Part shown: positions 56,895 through 64,000 of the stretch, one piece after another
How the letters are laid out: the number at the start of each line of letters is the position of its first letter
Position numbering within the stretch: position 1 is the stretch's first letter
From: Candidatus Saccharimonadota bacterium
GTDB lineage: Bacteria; Patescibacteriota; Saccharimonadia; Saccharimonadales; UBA4665
Direction: 5' to 3'
Assembly (NCBI GenBank): GCA_029288485.1
Contig: JARIHC010000007.1
Coordinates: 14,364-78,363 of the forward strand
Length of the DNA: 64,000 bases
Translations under genes and position numbers: made by a program
The notes under the pieces: generated by a model
What the model was told of the DNA's origin: nothing
Seen by the model: the letters and a program-made list of their open reading frames with translations, nothing else
Database searches by the model: none

Positions 56895-58340
56895 ATGGCC
56901 GCAAGTTTTTTCTTTTACGATTTGGAAACCTCTGGTTTCAATCCTCGTTCAGCGCGGATTATGCAATTTGGCGGCCAACGTACCGATATGGATTTAAAAC
57001 CCGTAGGTAAACCGGTAAATATCTTAATTAAGCTGGCTCCTGATGTATTGCCGTCTCCAGACGCTGTAATGATCACCGGCATTACTCCGCAGCAAACTTT
57101 AGCTGACGGCATGACCGAGGCCGAGTTTCTAAAATTTTTCTACGATGAGGTTGTGCGGCCGGATACGATCTTTGTCGGTTTTAATAGCATTCGTTTTGAT
57201 GATGAATTTATGCGTTTTTTGCTGTATCGGAATTTTTATGACGCCTATGAATGGCAGTGGAAAAATAATTGTTCGCGTTGGGATTTACTGGATGTGGTTC
57301 GCATGACCAGAGCGCTAAGACCTGAAGGTGTAGAATGGCCGTTCGCGCCAGATGGCAAACCAGCCAACAGGTTAGAATATTTGACTAGCGTAAATAAGCT
57401 GCCGCATAGTGATGCCCACGATGCGCTGAGCGATGTGCTAGCCACCATAGAGGTCGCAAAGTTGGTCCGACAAAAGCAACCAGACCTTTTTAAGTGGCTT
57501 CTGGAGGTACGTGGCAAAAAAGCCGTCGCTGACTTAGTTGAAGCATCTAACCCGTTTGTTTATACGTCTGGCAAATATGGCAGCGAATACTTTCATACGA
57601 CGGCTGCTGTCCGATTGGCGCAGCACCCTGATCGAGGTGCTGCCTTGGTTTATGATCTGCGTTTCGACCCAGAGCCATTTTTTAAAATGAACACAGACGA
57701 GCTAGCTGAAGCCTGGCGTTTTTCGAAAGACCCCGATGCCATCCGGCTGCCAGTAAAGACTATTAAATATAATCGTTGTCCAGCAGTAGCGCCGCTGGGC
57801 GTCATGAAAGACAAAGCAACCCAGAAACGTTTGCAGCTCGACATGCCTACCATCACTCAACATCTAGATAAACTGCGTAGTAACCAAGCGGAGTTTAGCA
57901 AAAAGATTCTAGACGCCAAGACTAAGCTAGATGAAAGACAAGAAAAAACCCAAACTGGGTTAGTGGACGACGAAATGACCGTAGACGAGCGCCTCTATGA
58001 TGGTTTTGTCGGTGACTCCGATAAGTCTGCGATGCGCGTTGTTCGTGCCGCCGAGCCGGATGACCTAACTGGACTTATCAAAGATTTTAATGACCAACGA
58101 TTAAAAAGCTTGCTGCCACTATATAAGGCCCGCAATTATCCAGCGGCACTGGCTGCAGAAGAACAAAAACGCTGGAACGATTTCTGTCGTCAGAAATTGC
58201 TTACCGACGGTCAATTAAAGAACTATTTTGTGCGCTTAGAAGAGCTGGCAGCGAACAAATCATCGGAACAACAAAAGTATCTAATAGAAGAGTTAAAACT
58301 GTACGGGGAGTCTATAATCCCCGCAGATGCAGACGATTAG
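56895..58340 (+). CDS. sbcB: exodeoxyribonuclease I
   Basis: 'FFFYDLETSGFNPRSARIMQFGGQRTD', 'GFNSIRFDDEF', 'HDALSDV' (DEDDh Exo I-III motifs). Size matches SbcB. Confidence 0.85.
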   Translation: MAASFFFYDLETSGFNPRSARIMQFGGQRTDMDLKPVGKPVNILIKLAPDVLPSPDAVMITGITPQQTLADGMTEAEFLKFFYDEVVRPDTIFVGFNSIRFDDEFMRFLLYRNFYDAYEWQWKNNCSRWDLLDVVRMTRALRPEGVEWPFAPDGKPANRLEYLTSVNKLPHSDAHDALSDVLATIEVAKLVRQKQPDLFKWLLEVRGKKAVADLVEASNPFVYTSGKYGSEYFHTTAAVRLAQHPDRGAALVYDLRFDPEPFFKMNTDELAEAWRFSKDPDAIRLPVKTIKYNRCPAVAPLGVMKDKATQKRLQLDMPTITQHLDKLRSNQAEFSKKILDAKTKLDERQEKTQTGLVDDEMTVDERLYDGFVGDSDKSAMRVVRAAEPDDLTGLIKDFNDQRLKSLLPLYKARNYPAALAAEEQKRWNDFCRQKLLTDGQLKNYFVRLEELAANKSSEQQKYLIEELKLYGESIIPADADD

Positions 58341-58533
58341 AGGGTAAGGGTTTGCGTGGCATATCTTGTATGTCATCGTCAAACTGGTGCCACCATTTAT
58401 TGATAATTCCCATAAAGTAACGTTTGTAACGTTTAAAAATAACTGCTAGCACAATCATAATAATAATCCAGCTCCAAAAGCCGATTTGTATGTTGGTTCC
58501 CGGTATCAGGCCAAGAACGAGAAATGTATACAT
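58312..58533 (-). CDS. small hypothetical membrane protein
   Basis: Two hydrophobic helices in 73 aa. Convergent overlap with sbcB. Confidence 0.4.
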   Translation of the reverse strand: MYTFLVLGLIPGTNIQIGFWSWIIIMIVLAVIFKRYKRYFMGIINKWWHQFDDDIQDMPRKPLPSNRLHLRGL

Positions 58534-58828
58534 GGCTAACCTCCTCGCCGAGCTGCTTCGATCTATTTTGGACCAAAATACAGAATTAATTTAATTAAGA
58601 TTATACACTTAATTGTACCTCTGTCAAGTAAGTTATCTTACAGCTAATGCTTATCGTTGTGTTTTGTGTAACAAAAATTTAATATTTTCTAAAGTGTGAA
58701 ATTCATCAAAAACAGATAAAATAAATTGTCAATAAAACTACAAAAGTTAAATTAGAAATCTGGATTTACTATTAAATATACGCTACGCTTAAAATGTTAA
58801 GCCATAAAACGCAAATGGGGAGATAAAA

Positions 58829-59548
58829 ATGCGTGCCGGCCGCAGTATTCGCAGTGAATTGGTTGCAAATAGGGAAAACCAAGGTAGTTATCGCCAGCGT
58901 CTGCGTGAAAGTGCGTTTGGTGTTTACCGCCCGCTCAGCCAAGAGAGTGTCAAGGCTGTCCAAAAAGTGCTGGATAAATCCAAAGAGCGAGTAGGCCAAC
59001 ATTTTGCTGATCAAGATGGCCTGAATCAGTACACAGAGTTAATTATTCCCAAAGATCATGGAGTAACATATGTACGGCGAGACAGGGTGCTAAAAGCTTT
59101 AAAAACCAGCGCGATGCGCAACTTTAGCTTATCGCGTGTTAAAACGGATGTAGCCAACTATAACTATCGCCATCAAGAAACACCAACAGTACCGATCGAC
59201 GGCCTGGACTGGTTTGGGGCGCAAGGGCTAAAGCTTGTAGCAAAGTTTGCAACTGCTGGCACTGAAGCTGAAGCCTTGGCTGACGATTCTGAGCAGATTG
59301 GAATATTTTTGGAAGAAGCCGGCGGAGAAGCGCTGGACGTATATGAGCCAGACCATATGACGCTCTGCCGCTTTAAGCGTTCTAGCCGTGGCCATGAGCT
59401 GGATCCGGCTCAAAAATCAGAAGTGGCAGAAATTGTTCAAGAAGAATTAATAGCCGCCAAAATAGGCGCGCTTACCCTGGAAGAAGTAGTGGTGACTGGC
59501 GATGGATATCGGCCAATGCCTCTAGAGCTGGCGCCAATACCTGCTTAA
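58829..59548 (+). CDS. hypothetical protein
   Basis: 239-aa ORF preceded by GGGGAG and an AT-rich ~290-nt region. No motif recognised. Confidence 0.45.
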   Translation: MRAGRSIRSELVANRENQGSYRQRLRESAFGVYRPLSQESVKAVQKVLDKSKERVGQHFADQDGLNQYTELIIPKDHGVTYVRRDRVLKALKTSAMRNFSLSRVKTDVANYNYRHQETPTVPIDGLDWFGAQGLKLVAKFATAGTEAEALADDSEQIGIFLEEAGGEALDVYEPDHMTLCRFKRSSRGHELDPAQKSEVAEIVQEELIAAKIGALTLEEVVVTGDGYRPMPLELAPIPA

Positions 59549-59606
59549 GGACTCGATTTTTTGCTGATTAGCATGTATAATTAAGTGCTAATTTCAGGGA
59601 GGAAAA

Positions 59607-62417
59607 GTGGCCGACGAGATCATTGTTAAAGGTGCGCGCGAACACAACTTGCAAAATATTGACGTTAAAGTTCCGCGCAATAAATTGGTAGTGATAACCG
59701 GGCTTAGCGGCTCGGGTAAATCCAGTTTGGCCTTTGACACTATTTACGCCGAGGGCCAGAGGCGCTACGTAGAATCTTTGAGCTCCTATGCTCGCCAATT
59801 CCTGGGTCTAATGGAAAAGCCGGATGTTGACCAGATTGACGGATTGAGCCCAGCAATATCAATAGACCAAAAATCTACGTCGCGGAATCCGCGTTCAACT
59901 GTAGCTACAGTGACGGAAATTTATGATTATTTACGCTTATTGTTTGCTCGAATCGGCATACCGCACTGCCCGATTGACGGCAGTCCGGTGGTGCGCCAGA
60001 CATCAACAGGTATAGTAGATCAGATTGTTGCCACCACTAACAGTAAGCGGTTAATGATACTAGCGCCGATAGTAATAGATAAAAAAGGCGCTTTCGAGCA
60101 TATACCTGAGCAGTATTTAAGAGCCGGCTTTGCTCGTGCTCGAGTGGATAGTGTAGTTTATGCTCTGGATGAGTTTCCAGAACTAGATAAAGCCAAGCGC
60201 CACCGAATTGAGATTGTTATTGACCGCATAGTTAATGATAAAGATAGTCGCAGCCGATTAGTGCAATCAGTAGAGCAAGCTTTGGATGTTGCAGAGGGCA
60301 AGGTTGTGGTGCTTGATGCCGATAGTCAAGAAACGTGGTCCTACAGCTTAATGTATGCTTGTCCCAAGCACCCTGAAATAACCATACCGGAACTTGAACC
60401 ACGTACCTTTAGTTTTAATTCACCGCACGGAGCGTGCCCAGTCTGTACTGGGTTGGGTAGTCGGTTAGAGGTTGACCCTGAATTAGTTATCCCAAATGGC
60501 AAGCTGACAATTGCCGAGGGCGCTATCCGCCCTTACAACCGGATCAATGTAGATAACTGGTATATGAAAAAACTGCAAGCAGTAGCCGATCATCATAAGT
60601 TTTCCTTGCATGTCCCCACTGGTCAACTCAGTAAAGACCAAATGGAAAAAATTATGTACGGTACCGGCAAAGAAACTTACAAAGTTTCACTTGGATTAGG
60701 TCGTTCGTTTGAGACAACCTACGAAGGCGTTGTGCCTAATTTGGAGCGTCGGCACAAAGAAACTGACAGCGACTTCATTCGTCGTGACATAGAACGCTTT
60801 ATGCAAGAAAAACCTTGTCACGCCTGCAAAGGCCTGCGCTTAAAGCCTGAAGCCTTGGCAATCACTGTCCAGAGCCGGTCAATTATGGACATCTGCCAAC
60901 TATCAATTGATGATGCGCTAGCCTGGTTTAAGTCGCTCAAGATGGGTGAGAAGGAAACGAAAATTGCTGATATGATTCTGCGTGAAATTGGTGCTAGGCT
61001 GCAATTTTTGCAAGATGTTGGCTTAAACTACCTAAATTTACTGCGCAGTGCTAATACGTTAAGCGGCGGTGAGGCTCAGCGTATACGTTTAGCAACGCAA
61101 ATAGGCTCGGGTCTGACCGGCGTCTTGTACGTATTAGACGAACCGAGCATAGGTTTACACCAACGAGATAACGACCGCTTAATTCGCACACTTAAACACC
61201 TCCGCGATCTAGGTAACACGGTGGTAGTTGTGGAGCATGACGAGGAAACTATTCGTACATCTGATTACGTTTTAGACATTGGGCCGGGAGCTGGCATCCA
61301 TGGCGGTAAAGTCGTTGCTGCTGGCACGCCAGCCAAAGTTGAAAAAATAAAGGGTGGCGTAACGGCGGAATATCTATCGGGCGCAAAAAAAATAACTGTT
61401 CCAAAACGGCGCCGGCCAGGCAACGAAAAATATTTGATAGTTAAAGGCGCCCGGGAAAATAACTTACAAAACGTTACAGCTGAGATCCCGTTAGGTAAAT
61501 TAGTAGTTGTAAGCGGCGTTAGCGGTTCCGGTAAATCTAGCTTAGTGAACGACATTTTAGCCAAAGAACTGTTGGCTAGGTTGCACAGGGCTAGCACAGT
61601 GCCTGGCAAACATGACGACATAGAAGGCATTAAGCAACTAGATAAGGCGATTATTATTGACCAGTCGCCTATTGGCCGCACTCCGCGCTCTAACCCGGCT
61701 ACTTATACCGGTTTGTTTACTCCTATCCGCGAGTTGTTCGCCGGGATGCCAGAAGCTAAGCTACGCGGTTATAGTCCTGGTCGCTTCAGTTTTAATGTTA
61801 AGGGCGGCCGTTGCGAAAACTGCGCTGGCGACGGAATTATTAAGATTGAAATGCACTTCTTGCCAGATGTCTATGTTCCCTGCGAAGTTTGTCATGGCAA
61901 ACGCTACAACCGTGAGGCATTAGAAATTCACTATAAAGGAAAAACCATTGCCGATGTACTGGACATGACATGCGAGCAGGCGCTTGACTTCTTTGCTAAC
62001 CAGCCGGCTATTGCTCGTAAATTGCAAACACTGGTAGATGTCGGCTTAGGCTATATTCATTTGGGGCAGTCTGCTACTACTTTAAGCGGTGGCGAAGCTC
62101 AGCGTATCAAGCTAAGCGCAGAGCTGTCGCGTCGGCCAACCGGCCGCACGCTTTACATATTAGACGAGCCAACAACAGGTTTACATATGGCTGACGTCGA
62201 CAAGCTATTGCATGTTTTGCATGCACTAGTTGATGCCGGCAACAGTATGGTGGTAATCGAGCACAACCTTGACGTTATAAAAAACGCCGATTGGTTGATT
62301 GATATGGGGCCGGAGGGCGGCGATGCTGGCGGCCAAATTGTAGCCCAAGGTACGCCGGAGCAAGTAGCCAAGGCTGCTAAAAGCTACACAGGTCAATTCC
62401 TGAAAAAAATGCTCTAG
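59607..62417 (+). CDS. uvrA: excinuclease ABC subunit A
   Basis: Two ABC modules ('[14 protein letters not shown]', '[13 protein letters not shown]', 'LSGGEAQR' x2) and Zn-finger 'CPVCTG', 'CENCAGDG'. Confidence 0.95.
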   Translation: MADEIIVKGAREHNLQNIDVKVPRNKLVVITGLSGSGKSSLAFDTIYAEGQRRYVESLSSYARQFLGLMEKPDVDQIDGLSPAISIDQKSTSRNPRSTVATVTEIYDYLRLLFARIGIPHCPIDGSPVVRQTSTGIVDQIVATTNSKRLMILAPIVIDKKGAFEHIPEQYLRAGFARARVDSVVYALDEFPELDKAKRHRIEIVIDRIVNDKDSRSRLVQSVEQALDVAEGKVVVLDADSQETWSYSLMYACPKHPEITIPELEPRTFSFNSPHGACPVCTGLGSRLEVDPELVIPNGKLTIAEGAIRPYNRINVDNWYMKKLQAVADHHKFSLHVPTGQLSKDQMEKIMYGTGKETYKVSLGLGRSFETTYEGVVPNLERRHKETDSDFIRRDIERFMQEKPCHACKGLRLKPEALAITVQSRSIMDICQLSIDDALAWFKSLKMGEKETKIADMILREIGARLQFLQDVGLNYLNLLRSANTLSGGEAQRIRLATQIGSGLTGVLYVLDEPSIGLHQRDNDRLIRTLKHLRDLGNTVVVVEHDEETIRTSDYVLDIGPGAGIHGGKVVAAGTPAKVEKIKGGVTAEYLSGAKKITVPKRRRPGNEKYLIVKGARENNLQNVTAEIPLGKLVVVSGVSGSGKSSLVNDILAKELLARLHRASTVPGKHDDIEGIKQLDKAIIIDQSPIGRTPRSNPATYTGLFTPIRELFAGMPEAKLRGYSPGRFSFNVKGGRCENCAGDGIIKIEMHFLPDVYVPCEVCHGKRYNREALEIHYKGKTIADVLDMTCEQALDFFANQPAIARKLQTLVDVGLGYIHLGQSATTLSGGEAQRIKLSAELSRRPTGRTLYILDEPTTGLHMADVDKLLHVLHALVDAGNSMVVIEHNLDVIKNADWLIDMGPEGGDAGGQIVAQGTPEQVAKAAKSYTGQFLKKML

Positions 62418-63028
62418 GTCTTAGGCGGAGCGCTTCGCTTTTTTTCTAAAACAGCTTTAACAATATGATAAAGAGTTGGACCTAGGGTGATCAAGACTAC
62501 GGCCACAACAGCTAAAACTATATAGTGGTCCAAGTTGGGGATCTTAGTGCCGAACCAGTAACCAATCAATGTAACGATAACTGCCCAGGCCGTATCACCT
62601 ATAGCATCAAATAACACGAACTTGGGATAGTTCATTTTGGCGACACCGGCTACTGGCGGCACGAAAGTTCTAACAATAGGCACAAAATGAGCAATTAACA
62701 TTGTGCGCGAGCCCCATCGCTCGTAAAAATTCTCCGAGCGTTGCACATACTCCTGGCGAAAAATCAGTCCATCGGGCTTACGAAACAGCTTGCGTCCGTA
62801 GCGTTTACCTATGTGATAACCAACATTATCGCCGGCGATGGCCGCCGCGGCAACTATTAAAATAATACTAAAGAGCGACATCTTACCCTGCGCAGCAAAC
62901 ACACCGGCTGTTAAAAGTAGTGTGTCGCCCGGAAAGAAAAAACCAATAAACATGCCTGACTCACCAAATATAATTGCGGCTATTAACAATAACCCGCCGG
63001 CTTGAATAAGGTGTGATACGTCAAACAT
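62414..63028 (-). CDS. DedA-family membrane protein
   Basis: 'FPGDTLLLTAG', 'GDNVGYHIGKRYG', 'HFVPIVRTFVPPVAG'. Confidence 0.85.
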   Translation of the reverse strand: MFDVSHLIQAGGLLLIAAIIFGESGMFIGFFFPGDTLLLTAGVFAAQGKMSLFSIILIVAAAAIAGDNVGYHIGKRYGRKLFRKPDGLIFRQEYVQRSENFYERWGSRTMLIAHFVPIVRTFVPPVAGVAKMNYPKFVLFDAIGDTAWAVIVTLIGYWFGTKIPNLDHYIVLAVVAVVLITLGPTLYHIVKAVLEKKRSAPPKT

Positions 63029-63113
63029 CTCTCATAAGATTAGCGGCTTATGGGGTCAAAAGTCCAGCTGAACCTGTTATAATGTCAGATGATAATCAGG
63101 AAAGTCTGGATAT

Positions 63114-63914
63114 ATGCCACAAGATACTATTAGTTTGACCCTTGAACCACGCGAAGTAACGGGCAAGGCTGTTAAGGGACTGCGCCGTGACGGCTTTATA
63201 CCGGCCGTTATACACGATCATGGTAAACCCTCAGTTGTAGTGCAGGGTAGTTCTTTGGAAATGATCAAAGTTTGGCGCCAAGCAGGCAAACACCACCCGG
63301 TAGAACTCAAAGCCGGTGATCAGAAGTTCACAGCGCTTATTAAGACCGCAGAATTTGATCCTAAAAAGCATCAATTAACACACATTGTCTTTAATGCCGT
63401 CGACAAGAACCAAAAAGTTGAAGCTGAAATTCCAGTTCGTCCTAGATATGACGAAGGCAACGAATCCAGCCCAGCCGAGCGCAACGGGTTGATAGTACTT
63501 AGTCAGCTGGAAACAGTGCAGGTAAAAGCTGTTCCGAGTGCTCTTCCGGATTTTTTGGAATATGACGCTGAAAAATTAGAAGAAATAGGCGACCACGTTA
63601 CTGTAGCTGATCTGCATGCTCCGGAAGGAGTAGAAATTGAAACCGAGGTTGAGCACTCTATAGCTACTGTTTACGAGCCTAGCGCTATTGCTGCTGCTAA
63701 TGAAGCTGCCGCCGGCGATGTCGAAGAAGAAGCGGAGCCGGGAGAAGAGCCTGGCGATGAAGGCGAAACTACGGAAGGCAGCGAGGAGTCCAGCGATAGC
63801 CAGGACGGTCAAGCTGGCGAAAGCAAGCCCGGCGGCAAAGACCAAAAAGAACCTAAGCCATCATCAGTAGAGGCAGCCAAAGAAGACGCCAAGGCCAATA
63901 ATCAAGACGGGTAA
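63114..63914 (+). CDS. rplY: 50S ribosomal protein L25 (Ctc form) with a long acidic tail
   Basis: 'RRDGFIPAVIH', a 'HPVEL' core, the Ctc C-terminal domain, and an Asp/Glu/Gly/Ser-rich extension. Confidence 0.8.
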   Translation: MPQDTISLTLEPREVTGKAVKGLRRDGFIPAVIHDHGKPSVVVQGSSLEMIKVWRQAGKHHPVELKAGDQKFTALIKTAEFDPKKHQLTHIVFNAVDKNQKVEAEIPVRPRYDEGNESSPAERNGLIVLSQLETVQVKAVPSALPDFLEYDAEKLEEIGDHVTVADLHAPEGVEIETEVEHSIATVYEPSAIAAANEAAAGDVEEEAEPGEEPGDEGETTEGSEESSDSQDGQAGESKPGGKDQKEPKPSSVEAAKEDAKANNQDG

Positions 63915-64000
63915 AACTTGTGGCTGGTGAGACGGCTTTTAGCAAAGCAGTCGATAGCCTGCGGCCTCTATAAACAGCTTCATGACTATGTATCTTCTGT

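Noticed and set aside
58534-58828. A ~290-bp AT-rich gene-free region, considered as oriC, a CRISPR leader or a degraded element.
   Set aside because: I could see no repeated spacer-repeat structure and no DnaA-box cluster (only loose matches such as TTATCTTAC). It is most simply a divergent promoter and UTR region for the flanking genes.
63975-64000. CTTCATGACTATG at the right window edge resembles the CCAATGACTAT cassette end.
   Set aside because: Only about 8-9 nt match, and the CTTAAAGAC part and the hairpin module are absent. This cannot be evaluated because the window ends here.

Overview
This 64-kb chromosomal segment comes from a small-genome bacterium that uses the standard code: UGA acts as a stop, and many gene junctions overlap as ATGA or GTGA. 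Genes are tightly packed and mostly housekeeping. By inference only, the gene content fits a CPR/Patescibacteria organism, most like Saccharibacteria: LPXTG-like sorting signal, type IV pilin-like gene, RpfB-like and LysM-CHAP wall hydrolases, reduced AlaRS, NAD salvage rather than de novo synthesis.

Recognisable content:
- Central metabolism and translation: pgk-tpiA, metG, alaS, mnmA, rsmA, obg, ruvX, mltG, L25/Ctc.
- DNA repair: pcrA, sbcB, uvrA.
- RNA genes: tmRNA and tRNA-Glu(UUC).
- An F-type ATPase operon (b-delta-alpha-gamma-beta-epsilon) with no a or c subunit genes.
- A compact NAD salvage cluster (pncA-pncB-Nudix, nrtR, nadE, nadD) with three matching palindromic operator candidates and an unexpected radical-SAM gene.

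The outlier is 7.59-12.80 kb. It holds three paralogous cassette-like units. Each has a conserved leader, 16-23-bp terminal inverted repeats, a nested inner inverted repeat, a GAGGTG-N6-GTG start and a homologous pair of downstream stem-loops. Each carries one gene for a secreted Cys/His/Lys-rich protein with a shared C-terminal domain. At least two cargo genes look more GC-rich than the surrounding genome. One unit follows the histidine kinase gene. The other two sit in tandem between tRNA-Glu and the 3' end of a PAP2 gene, where an 11-bp direct repeat brackets the last unit. No transposase or integrase gene is visible in the window.

I could not run any searches. All family calls rest on motifs read by eye.
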